DNA of 41,224 nt from Octopus bimaculoides (Eukaryota). Within the stretch, counting starts at the first letter, position 1; the number at the start of each line of letters is the position of its first letter. Below the pieces are notes generated by a model. The model saw only the letters and a list, made by a program, of their open reading frames with translations. It was not told the origin of the DNA and searched no databases. Position numbers and translations under genes: made by a program. Shown here piece by piece: positions 1 through 10,660 of this stretch. The DNA lies in NCBI RefSeq assembly GCF_001194135.2, contig NC_068986.1, forward strand, positions 90,223,374-90,264,597, in the 5' to 3' direction.

Positions 1-156
1 GGCTCACACAGCTCTCACTAACCATTCTTCTATCCCAAGTTTCCTCATTGACCACCAGATAAGGGATTGGGGGACCCTGTCAAAGGCTTTCTCCATGTCA
101 ATGAAAGCCAGGTACAGAGGTTTATCCTAGGCTAGGTATTTCTCCTGCAGCTGTCT
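1..156 (-). mobile_element. RTE-clade LINE reverse transcriptase fragment (degenerate, cut by the window start)
   Basis: Reverse strand reads [49 protein letters not shown]. This is the FxDxxKAFD RT motif in RTE-like context, with stops. It is homologous to 35700-35870. Confidence 0.85.
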
Positions 157-169
157 TAATATATATATA

Positions 170-333
170 CGATGGGCTTCTTTCAGTTTCCGTCTACCAA
201 ATCCACTCACAAGGCTTTGGCCGGCCCGAGGCTATAGTAGAAGACACTTGCCCAAGGTGCCATGCAGTGGGACTGAACCTAGAACCATGTGGTTGGTAAG
301 CAAGCTACTTACCACACAGCCACTCCCACGCCT
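170..333 (-). mobile_element. tRNA-derived SINE head, family A (GCAGGAGTGGCTGTGTGGTAAG...GAAAGAAGCCCGTCG)
   Basis: A-box-like TGGCTGTGTGG and B-box-like GGTTCAGTCCC, followed by the CCTTGGGCAAGTGTCTT core-like motif. At least 10 copies in the window: 826-990, 2258-2415, 17023-17160, 18599-18770, 23902-24065, 28909-29071, 31040-31200, 36670-36812, 40940-41100. Confidence 0.9.
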
Positions 334-506
334 ATGGTCTGTTATATTTTTTTTTTACCAAGGATATGTTTTAGTCATATATTCACTCACATTCTCTCTA
401 ATCACTGATTTAATGTTTTTTGCACCCAAGCATGGACTAGCAATCTACTACCATAAGACATGCCTCTACTCCCACTTCTCAATCTTCTATCATCTAGTTT
501 AGTGGC

Positions 507-552
<46 letters not shown>

Positions 553-658
553 TTAATGTCTGTTTTCCATGCTGGCATGGGTTGGATGGTTTGACAGGAG
601 CTGACTAGCTGCAGAGCTGCATGGTGTCCATTTATTTGTTTTGGCATGGTTTCTATGG
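507..658 (-). mobile_element. (CAT)n tract plus 3' tail of RTE-related SINE/LINE family C
   Basis: (CAT)n followed by TTTAATGTCTGTTTTCCATGCTGGCATGGGTTGGA, the reverse complement of the family tail ...CCCATGCTAGCATGGAAAGCGGACGTTAAACGATGATG seen many times in the window. Confidence 0.75.
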
Positions 659-825
659 AACCTTTTCATATATTTCACAGACAACACCCACTAAACTTAT
701 TTTAAATAAAGCATTAAAAGAGACAAATGTTTTAGTAGAGAAAATTTGTTCATTTAAAATACTTTAAAAATTAAAAAAAACATGTAATAATTTCTAATTT
801 TGAAGCAAGTATGGCTGGAGGAGGT

Positions 826-990
826 GCAGGAGTGGCTGTGTGTTTAAGAAGTTTACTTCCTGACCATTTGGTTTTGTATTGTATTCAGTCCCACTAGTTG
901 GCACCTTGAGCAAGCTTTTTCAACTGTACCCTCAGATCGACCAAAGCCTTTTGTGTGTATTTGGTAGGTGGAAATTGAAAGAAGTTTGCC
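826..990 (+). mobile_element. SINE family A head (diverged)
   Basis: Aligns by eye to the other family A copies. Confidence 0.8.
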
Positions 991-1479
991 ATGGGTGTTT
1001 ATATAAATATATGTGTGTGTGTATGTGTGTATAAAATTCAAGCTCTCACCAGCAAAACCAGTGATGAAGAATCCTTAATGCACTATAACAGAAATTTTCT
1101 TACTCTTTTAAATCTTCATTGTATCTGATTGTTAATATAATTTATTACTACTGAACTTTCGATCATGTATGATTACTATGAAATTCATTGAACACTTGAA
1201 CTTTTATTATTGTCTATCTCTGTGAAATCTATTAAATATTGGAATATGTATGAACATTTGATCTTTGTTTTCAATCATGTTTTTCTCTCGTACCTTCTAT
1301 CTCTCTTAAATTCTTTTCTTATGTATCTATTATTGAAAAACAAAAAATTGTTGAAACCTGTATGGTAGTCTAATATATTTGTTATGAAAAAATTTAAACT
1401 ACAATTCATTTTAAGACTTGGGTGAATTTTTCAATCCACAAAAGTGACTCTCTTATACATGTACACATACTACTATGTG

Positions 1480-1727
1480 TGTGTGTGTTTGTACCTCTTC
1501 ATCTTGACATCATGTGATAGTTGTAAACAAATGTCACTATCATATAAGCAATATCATTTTGTTTTCAGTCTTCCATGAAAACATCTTGTCATGAGGAAAT
1601 CTTACATTGTTAGGAAACAAGTGAAGGCTGGTTACAGGAAAGGCATCCAGCCATTGAAAAATATTTCAATAATTTCTGTCTGACTCATGCAAGCGTTGGA
1701 AAAGAGGATGTTAAAATGATGATGATG
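1480..1727 (+). mobile_element. SINE body/tail, family H (CTTGACATCATGTGATAGTTGTAAAC...GGAAGGGCATCCAGCC...GATGATG)
   Basis: Homologous copies at about 2490-2710, 4170-4430 and 37050-37290; ends in a (GAT)n-like tail. Confidence 0.7.
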
Positions 1728-2257
1728 TGAATTTTTTAATTTGTCTTTAAAATAAATTTGTATATGATTTTATAAAAAGATATCTTATCTTGAAGTATCC
1801 CAGAATTTTGTTCACAGACCCCAGGAGATTCCTTTGAATCCAACATAAGAAAATCTGATCTAGTCTGTGAGCCCCAACTTCCTGAAATTCTACTTCACAT
1901 CCTCTTTCTATGTTTTTCTAACACTTCTCACTGCTATAGATATCTTCTGCTTCAGCATGTGGTATTTTCACTCAGCTGATGTCATCCTTTTATATTCATG
2001 TGTGGTCGTCAGTGCTATCTGTACACATTGGCTGATAATTTTAATTGAGTTACTCCTTCAGCTTGGGTTTACCATTTCATTCAAGATGGTAGCGCTAAAT
2101 ATCTGATAGATATACATAAAAGAAACATTCCAGAAAATATTCCATTCATTGTTAAATAAATATTGTTAGAAATCTTTTCTCAATTTCCAGAATTCTTTTA
2201 TTTTTGAACTCAGCTTTAAAGCTGAAACACTTAAAAGAATAATTAAAATACATAGGT

Positions 2258-2710
2258 ACAGGTATAGCTGTGTAGTTAAGAAGTTTGCTTACCAACCGCA
2301 TAGCTTTGGGTTCAGTCCCACTGTGTGGCACCTTAGGTAAGTGTCTTTTGCTATAGAATCAGGCTGACCAAAGTCTGGTGAGTGGATTTAGTAGATGAAG
2401 CTAAAAGTAGCCTGTTGTGTGTGTGTGCATTGGGCTGCCTGGAGCCTTGTGAGTGGAGTTGGTAGAGAGAAACTGAAAGAAGTCCCTCGTATTTGTGTGT
2501 AATTGTCTCTTTGCCTTGACTTCATGTGATAGTTGTAAACAAATTTATTGTCACACAAGCCGTGTTCTTTATTTCTAATCTGTGAAATCATGTTGAGTGA
2601 TGGGGAAATATTACCTTATTTGGAAACAGGAGAGGCATCTGGCTGAAGAAAAGCTCTCTCAACAAATTCCTTCTAACCCATGCAACATTAAAATAATGGT
2701 GATAATGATT
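2258..2710 (+). mobile_element. SINE family A head joined to a family H body
   Basis: Head 2258-2415, then a (TG)n spacer and partial head repeat, then the H body. Confidence 0.7.
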
Positions 2711-3053
2711 TTATAAATGTATGTGTGTGTACATGTGTATTCAATATAATCTGGGTAATAACCTCATAATGTGCATTTTGAAGCTTCTATACTATTATTG
2801 GCTACCACATGTCATCTCACAGCAAGGTTATTTTCAACATTAGATCAGCATGTGGAACTCCACTATTGTATAGGATTGACGTAAGAATTACTATGACACA
2901 AAGATGGGGGAAAACAAAACAAAAAGCAAAAACAAAAACAGGCATTTAGAAGAAAAACTCAGCAACTTTTAGCTAGCATCAAATGCAGAAACAAATGTTG
3001 TAATTTGCAATTAAAGCTTTTTTTTCCATCTTCGTGTTATATGAATTTATGTA

Positions 3054-4137
3054 CCGTAAAGGATCTATTTCAAAACGGGGGCACCAGTATTTTCTTAACG
3101 AAACACTAACAAAACACTTTGAAACTTGGGACACTGGTAGAATGTGTCATATAAAACATCTTTTACTCTTAGTCTTCTTAACAAAAAAACGTACATCGCA
3201 AGTTATTCCATGTTAAAGTTGTCGTATTTCTGTAATTTCAACCAATCACTGACGTCTATTCAGCTGAATAGAGTTACTGCTGGGCGGTCATAAAAATGTT
3301 ATTCCCTGTGACATATTTCATCCGGTTTAATCGTAATTTATACTCATATATTGTTTATATAATAAATTACGCTGCACGTATCTATGTGTGTAACAATTTT
3401 AGAGTTCGGATTCTAGAGTTAGGGTTAGTTTTAGGGTTAGGGTTAGGGTTAACAGTCTAGTTAGGGTTAGGGTTAGGGGATTAATACGATATACACCGTT
3501 ACAGCACTAACTGTTTTCAACTGAATAGATGTCAGTGATTAGTAGAAATTATCGAAATAAGACAATTTTTTACATGAAATAAATTCAAATACAAAAATTA
3601 TTTTCTGTTCTATAACACAAAATAGATAAGTATACGAAGTTTGAAAGTTTTTCGGTACCAAAAACACTGCATAAAACATAAATGAAAACTGGTGCCCTGT
3701 TTTGAAATAGATCCACCGTAAATCCTCGAGTATAGTCCGCCCTTGAGTATAATGCGCAGGGGATTTTTAGGGGGCTCTACCTCTGAAAAACCTAAACGTT
3801 GTGTATAATAAGCATCCTTTATCTAACTTAATCAAGGAGGTCTATATAACGTCCTTGGTTTGTAAACATATGTGGTAACGTCCTTTATTATTATTGTGTA
3901 TATAACATAATGCAAATGTGTAGCTTTTTTGTGCACTTTGTTTGCAGAAAATAAAGAAATAACAGTAATAACGCCAGTGAAAAATAAATATTAAGTAAAT
4001 TGCCTTTACATATTTATCACTTAGAAAATTTTGCTTAGAAAATATTTTTCATTTTTAACCTCATATATAGTACGCACTAGAAATTTTAACCTTTAAATTT
4101 TGGGAAAAAAGTACGGATTATACTCGAGGATTTACGG
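3054..4137. mobile_element. Tc2/pogo-like (Tc1/mariner superfamily) MITE, interrupted inside its left TIR
   Basis: After removing the 3061-3714 insert and one TSD copy, the left end is TA|CCGTAAATCCTCGAGTATAGTCCG. The right end is CGGATTATACTCGAGGATTTACGG|TG. This gives a 24-bp TIR with 1 mismatch. CCGTA termini with a TA target fit Tc2-type elements. Confidence 0.8.
3061..3714. mobile_element. 654-bp MITE with GGATCTATTTCAAAACGGGGGCACCAGT TIR, 8-bp TSD and TTAGGG core (copy 1)
   Basis: TIRs at both ends; TSD ACCGTAAA at 3053-3060 and 3715-3722; no ORF; near-identical to 9776-10424. Confidence 0.93.
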
Positions 4138-4732
4138 TGTATATCTATATATATATATGTGTGCGTGTGTGTGTATGCTTGTGCTTCCTGATTTTGATAT
4201 CCCATGATAATTGTAAACATGTGTTACCATTATAATACCAGTAGGATCATACATTTCCAATCTTCTATGTAAACTTGTCCAGTTATAGGGAAATATTACC
4301 TTGTTTGGAAACAAGTGAGGGTTTGGTGACAAGAAGGGCTTCACACCCATGGGAAAAAAGATCTGCCTCAACAAATTCCACTAGACCCATGCAGACATGG
4401 AAAAGTGAATATTAAAACAACCATAACAATGAAACGCACAATTGAAAGAAATATTGACTTATTTGCAAAACTATACCAACATTTGAAGACTAACAATACA
4501 TCATAAAATGTATGTCTCTTGATATGAACCATGTGTTTCGATGTAATTTTGTAGGTATTTAGTAAGCCCTATTTTCTCCCTTTCCCTTGGTAGTAACCTT
4601 ATCTTTTTTTTTTTGTGTGTGACCCTTATTTTACAAAAGCGTTTCTCTCCTTCCCCACCATAATCTTTTCATGGAATTATAACTATTTTCTTTTTCCAAA
4701 CTGAGTGTTAGGTCTCCCCAACCACAAAATTC

Positions 4733-5137
4733 CACCACCACCACTACTACTACTGTTGCTGCCACCATCACTTCTACTATAACCACTATCATCTTTAAAC
4801 CTCTACTGCTGTCATCACTACTACCACCCTACTGTCATTACAATTATCATTACCATCATAAATATCCACCATGACCACTACCATTACAATCACCACTACT
4901 AACATACCATCACTATCATCACTACCAACTATTACCATTGCAATCACTACTACTACTACCACCACCATCAACACCACCACTTCTACCACCTCACTACTAC
5001 CATCACCACCACCACTACTTTTACTACTGTCACCACCACTACCATCACTACCACAACTATCACACCACCACCACCACCACCATCACTACTACAAACACCA
5101 CCACTTCCACAGGCAGCTTTCAACACTACCATTACCA
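4733..5137 (+). repeat. Degenerate (ACC/ACT/ATC)n trinucleotide low-complexity tract
   Basis: Direct reading; it produces the Thr/His/Pro/Val-rich pseudo-ORFs in the track. Confidence 0.9.
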
Positions 5138-5501
5138 TCTTTTCTCTGTGTGATAATAACCTTTGTTTTTCCCAGCAGTTTCAAATATACTGGTGTGTCA
5201 TATATGATTACTTACTTTCATAGTATTTAGTTTCAACAAAGCTGATCTTATCAACCCATTTATTATAGCTTTCGGTGATACACATTTTCCAATGATAACA
5301 TTCTTCACTCATAATTTTTGATATTTCTAATGTGGCAAAAAATTACAAGAGCATCTGAAGGGCTGAAAGTTTTAAGTTTCCTATGTGGCACTTAATGAAA
5401 CTGTCAGTTTGATAAGTTTCCTGCATGAAGCTCTCCTGAGACACTGAGCCATTTGGTGCAGCTCCTCCCCATATTCAAAATGTAAGTTTCTTATTTTTAC
5501 C

Positions 5502-5827
5502 ATGGAAATTAAGTTGGGTTGTATAAATGTTTGTGACTTGAGGTCGAAATGGAAGCAAACTTGTCTCCTGGATGACCTCAGGTCACTAGAAATTGATATA
5601 TGTGTGGTGACTGAATCGAAGTTGAATGGGCCACAGGCATTCTTGCCTCTTCTAAATGGCTATGAGAAATTTATTTCTCCTAGTCGACAGGGAGGCGGGG
5701 GAGTGGTGGTCTGGTTCAGAAAAAACTTGGACGTACAGGTAAGTACAGTCTTTCTGGAGCCAGAAAGTAGGCTGGTCATCCTAGATGTGACACGCAAGTA
5801 AGCAGTCCTTCAGGTTGGTAGCTGTTT

Positions 5828-5830
<3 letters not shown>
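5502..5830 (+). mobile_element. N-terminal apurinic-endonuclease (APE/EEP) segment of a non-LTR ORF2, Tx1/L1-like
   Basis: ORF MEIKLGCINVCDLR...DICVVTESKL...GGGVVVWFRK...RLVILDV matches the xNVxGL, D-I/V-xxLxET and GVxIL endonuclease motifs. It continues after a frameshift as SKQSFRLVAVL and ends at a (TG)n tract. Confidence 0.8.
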
Positions 5831-5871
<41 letters not shown>

Positions 5872-5872
<1 letters not shown>

Positions 5873-6152
5873 TTCTATATTTGAGAGATGAGGAATTATG
5901 TACATTATTTGCATTATTTACATTTGACGGATATTTGTCCTCATCGTGTTTCTCGTTAACACAACGTTTCGGCTGATATACCCTCCAGCCTTCATCAGGT
6001 GTCTTGGGGAAATTTTGAACCTGGGTTCTCATTCGTATGGTATTTTTCGATGTTATTATTATAATTATAATTATTATTATTCGGGTCACTGCTTGGAATC
6101 GAACTTGGAATGTTGGGTTTAGTAGCCCATGCTCTTAACCACTACGGGCATA
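5872..6152 (-). mobile_element. tRNA-derived SINE with a CTGATGAAGGCTGGAGGGTATATCAGCCGAAACG tail motif
   Basis: Reverse strand begins with a tRNA-like head (GTAGTGGTTAAGAGC...GTTCGATTCC), then an (AAT)n-like spacer and a tail containing CTGATGAAG...CCGAAACGTTG. Confidence 0.7.
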
Positions 6153-6217
6153 TGGGGTAGTGGTTAAGACCGTAAAGGGTTAACTGACAGCAAATCATTT
6201 TAGTTTTCTCTCTCAGT

Positions 6218-6444
6218 TTAATCCTTTAGCATTCAGATTTCTTTGTCAATTATATTGCATATTTATTCTCATTGTTTTGAATTAATCATGCATTATCTTG
6301 TAGCTTCAAGATTTCGATGATGTGACTGTATGTTTTGAGAATAACATTGTATGGTAGGCATGAGGTGTTGATCTGGTCAGTTTTAGCATAAGACACATAG
6401 AATATTTGGGCCAATTATGGCCAATTTAAATGCTAACGGTTTAA
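6218..6444. mobile_element. piggyBac-like MITE (TTAA|YCCTTTAGCATT...AATGCTAAMGG|TTAA)
   Basis: TTAA flanks and short TIRs; a homologous copy lies at 11774-12004. Confidence 0.7.
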
Positions 6445-7281
6445 AGATATATGTAACTAAATACTGAGCAATAACAGTATTTATACTTTCACTGCAGCGT
6501 TTTAAAAGTTTGAACATAATGCATGGATCAACACTAATTTTGTAGATACTCTGGAGTTCTTGGTTTCCAGTTTGGGAACTGCTGACATAAAGAGTCTTCT
6601 ATAAGTTATGTAATTCTAATTATCTTGTGATGCTTAGGAAGTCATAGTACTTCATTTGAAAAATACTGTGTTAGCATTTGGTTGAGTGATGGTGGGGAAA
6701 CAAATCTTAGCTGGAAGTGAACTCCGGAAGGATAAAATTCTGGTGAAAAATGTTTGCTGAAAGTAATTAGTGTATTTGTATGAAATGAAATTTAATTGCA
6801 TATATTTGAGAGTTGGCATTTTTGGAGTAAAAATGTTGGTGAAAAACTCAGCTTGGTATTGATGTAGTGGTCGTTGTCTTGGTAGAGAGTGTTAATGGCT
6901 TGAGCATTTTTCTAGTGCCGGCTTTAATGACATTGGGGTTTCAATTTTCATCAGTTCTCTCTCTCTCTTACTCACTCACACTTTCTGCTTTCTCTTTCTT
7001 TTTTTCTCTCTTCCCTCACACACATATACACTTCTTTGTGATTTCCATGTTATTTCAAGACCATACCTACCATGGGTTTTTTTTTTTTTTGTATTTCTTT
7101 TTCATCTCATTAATGTAATTAATTAATTTGATGTCGAAAAAGGGGAAAAAAAATGTAATATCAGCCTCAATACTCCACCACCTCCCCCCCCCACCAAAAA
7201 AAAAGAAATGATAAAAAGATTTGAAATAGAGGCGAGAAACGAAACTAATTAAGATCAAGCCAGATTAATGTTATCTTTGCA

Positions 7282-7284
<3 letters not shown>

Positions 7285-7316
<32 letters not shown>

Positions 7317-7353
7317 ACTGACACACACACACACACACACACACTCTGACACA
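7285..7353 (+). repeat. (CA)n microsatellite with CTGA interruptions
   Basis: Direct reading. Confidence 0.9.
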
Positions 7354-8462
7354 CAGTTTTGACTGGTGATAAACAGTGTACAAAAAATTAATGACTGAAA
7401 AACATTGAAGCCAATTATCTTTGATGTTTAATTGTTCTAATATTGGTTAATATAAGTACACTCCAGGTCAGTTCTAGTCTCTCGTTAGATCAGACACCAT
7501 ATCAGAAGTTTGTGTGTTCTTTAATCCTCTCTCAAGTCCTTCTTCTTCACCTTCTGTAACTCAGGAGATGTGAAAATTATTGACTGCTTCTGTAGCTCTA
7601 ACACACAACTTCTGTAGTGAGGATTAAGTACATACATACATATATACATATGGTTTAGATTTCATTTTAGTATATTTTCTTGCTGCCTGTGTCTTTCTGT
7701 AAGAATTCCTTGCTACCATTCTATTTATTTTGATGCTGTTGCTTGTAATTGTCTCCAGTAAACTTAGAGTAGACAACCAACAATCATGTCAGACACATGG
7801 TACCTAATTGACGGAAAGGCTAATTCTATTTTTATTTCCACTTCTGACTAAAAGCAAAACAGACATAATACAAAGACCTCAGTCTGGCCTAATTGCTAAA
7901 ACTGTTGGAGATATTATGTTTTCATGTCTGGATGGTAAAGATGATGATGGCATAGGAATAATTATGTAGTTTTGCTTTCTTATTTATTTTCACCCAAAAA
8001 TATTTTAAATAAACCAAGAATATACCATGAGTCATCTATTTTTAAAAATAAATGTCTCTGTCAATTCTTTAGTCTTGTTTTTTTTTAATTTGCATTGTCT
8101 TGCTGCATATTCCATGTTAATAAAATATAGTTTAAAGGAAAAAAAAAAACAAAAAGAGAAGAAACTAAAAAAACGGTCATAAATTAATCTTATCTGTTTT
8201 TAAATTTCAATTTAAATTGCTCATTGTGTGCTTGCTAGCTAAAGATAGGCAATGATCCATTCTTAAGAACATATTGTGTCAGTATTTTTTATTTATTCAT
8301 GATAACATGGAATTCATTATGCCATTTCACAAAAGTGATGAAACAAAACTCTACAGATCTTCTATTTCAGAACATCCAGTGGTCATTATTGCTTTCTAAT
8401 AAATATATCTTTGAATGATATTACCAATCTTCCTACTTCTATATCTAACTATCTATCTATTT

Positions 8463-8943
8463 TTCTACTTTATATGTATGCATATATATATATATATTAT
8501 ATATGTATATATATATGTATGTATATATATTATATATGTATGTATATATATTATATATGTATGCATATATATATATTATATATATATATATGTATGTATA
8601 TTTATTATATATGTATGCATATATATATATGTATGTATATATATATTATATATATATATGTATGTATATACATTATATATATAGACAAGCCACCCATACC
8701 TGGATACAACTCACTCAATAAGAACTCACTACTTGAATGGACCATAAATAAAACTTGACTGTAAAAAGGATTTAGATAATCCTATCAGGTGGTGCTATTA
8801 AGTTAGACATGGCCTGGACCAATGTTTGGTCAAAACATATCTAAGTTTATATACATATAATATATATATGTATTTATATAATATATATGTATGTATGTAT
8901 ATATATACATATATATGTATTTATATAATATATATGTATGTGT

Positions 8944-8972
<29 letters not shown>
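8463..8972 (+). repeat. Compound (TA)n/(TATG)n minisatellite-like tracts (8463-8682 and 8846-8972)
   Basis: Recurring units such as TATATATTATATATGTATG; source of the Tyr/Ile/Met/Cys pseudo-ORFs. Confidence 0.9.
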
Positions 8973-8975
<3 letters not shown>

Positions 8976-9540
8976 GGGTTAGTTTATAGGTAACTGTTAC
9001 TCTTTTATGCTTCTATTTTTTCATCGCAATCCTTAACTTGGATTATTGGATTAACATGTGGTTGGGAACACATTCCTGAGAATTTCTGTGAAATCTTGAG
9101 AAATTCTAGTCCATGCTTGAAATGAAATGTCACACAGCAACTTTGTTATTCTTCTTCCCCTCACTCACTCTCTCTTTCTCTCTCCTCCCGCCCTTCAATT
9201 CTCTCCCTGTACAACTGTGGATAAAATTTTCCTAGTTGTTTGTGTTGTTTGCTGTTCTTTGTTTATCTTCTTTTCTAGAACCACAGTACTAACAATTGTA
9301 ATTAAGTCCACATGGTTGGAGCTTCTCTTATTGGTCCAAGGACACAGAAAGAATTTGACTAAACCCTCTGCTAAAAGAACAACCTGCTCTACTTTCAAAC
9401 AGCTTCTGCTTCCAGCTCTGTGGACTGTTTCAAGTGACAGCTGACTGACTTTAACTATTGACACCCCACCTCCTGTCTCATATAAAGCTTCTCTTAATGA
9501 TGTTATTCTTGTAAAGTTTCATAAAATTATCCTTTATTCT

Positions 9541-9765
9541 TTTACTTTTTGCTGTCATTGGACTGTGGCCATGCTGGGGCACCACTTTGAAGAATTTAGT
9601 CAAACAAACCTACCCCACCACTTATTTTTAAGTCTGGCACTTTATTCTTTTGGTCTCTTTTACTGAGCCACAAAGTTATAGTGATGTAAACTAACCAACA
9701 CTAATTGTCACTCAATGGTGGTGGGGACAAACACATACACAAAGATGCACATATACATATATATT
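9541..9765 (-). mobile_element. SINE 3' part, family B (TTTTACTTGTTTCAGTCATTTGACTGCGGCCATGCTGGAGCAC...)
   Basis: Homologous to 10433-10610, 19060-19240, 24115-24325, 28135-28301 and 31250-31350. At 23902-24325 it is seen as the 3' half of a family A-headed element. Confidence 0.8.
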
Positions 9766-9775
9766 TTCTTACTTC

Positions 9776-10424
9776 GGATCTATTTCAAAACGGGGGCACC
9801 AGTATTTTCTTAACAAAACACTAACGAAACACTTTGAAACTTGGGACACTGGTAGAATGTGTCATATAAAACATCTTTTACTCTTAGTCTTCTTAACAAA
9901 AAAACGTACATCGCAAGTTATTCCATGTTAAAGTTGTCGTATTTCTGTAATTTCAACCAATCACTGACGTCTATTCAGCTGAATAGAGTTACTGCTGGGC
10001 GGTCATAAAAATGTTATTCCCTGTGACATATTTCATCCGGTTTAATCGTAATTTATATGCATATATTGTTTATATAATAAATTACGCTGCGCGTATCTAT
10101 GTGTGTAACAATTTTAGAGTTCGGATTCTAGAGTTAGGGTTAGTTTTAGGGTTAGGGTTAGGGTTAACAGTCTAGTTAGGGTTAGGGGATTAATACGATA
10201 TACACCGTTACAGCGCTAACTGTTTTCAACTGAATAGACGTCAGTGATTAGTAGAAATTATCGAAATAAGACAATTTTTTACATGAAATAAATTCGAATA
10301 CAAAAATTTTTTTGTGTTCTATAACACAAAATAGATAAGTATACGAAATTTGAAAGTCTTTCGGTACCAAAAACACTACATAAAACATAAATGAAAACTG
10401 GTGCCCCCGTTTTGAAATAGATCC
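9776..10424. mobile_element. 649-bp MITE with TTAGGG core (copy 2)
   Basis: 28-bp perfect TIR (GGATCTATTTCAAAACGGGGGCACCAGT / ACTGGTGCCCCCGTTTTGAAATAGATCC); TSD CTTACTTC at 9768-9775 and 10425-10432. Confidence 0.95.
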
Positions 10425-10432
10425 CTTACTTC

Positions 10433-10660
10433 TACTTGTTTCAGTCATTTGACTGTGGCCATGCTAGAGCACTGCCTTGAAGGGTTTTAGTCGAAAGGAC
10501 TTATTTTATTAAAAGCCTAGTACTTATTTTATTGGTCTCTTTTGCTGAACCACCAAGTTATATGGACCTAAACACACCAACAGCAGTTGCGGTGATGGGG
10601 CAACAAACACAGAGAGAGAGAGAGAGAGAGAAAGAGACAGATACACACACACACACACAC
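10433..10660 (-). mobile_element. SINE family B copy plus (GA)n(CA)n; its tail was the insertion site of MITE copy 2
   Basis: TACTTGTTTCAGTCATTTGACTGTGGCCATGCTAGAGC starts immediately after the TSD. Confidence 0.75.

Noticed and set aside
1800-2040. Minus-strand frame with an RLDQIF motif suggesting an endonuclease
   Set aside because: A single short motif with no SDH or other supporting motifs.
3415-3480. TTAGGG arrays as a true telomere or chromosome-fusion site
   Set aside because: The arrays are short, interrupted, single-orientation and enclosed in TSD-flanked mobile elements; there is no head-to-head TTAGGG/CCCTAA junction.
4795-5230. Thr/His/Pro/Val-rich ORFs
   Set aside because: They are translations of a degenerate trinucleotide repeat open in several frames and on both strands.
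8411-8758. Tyr/Ile/Cys/Met-rich ORFs
   Set aside because: They are translations of a TA/TATG microsatellite.
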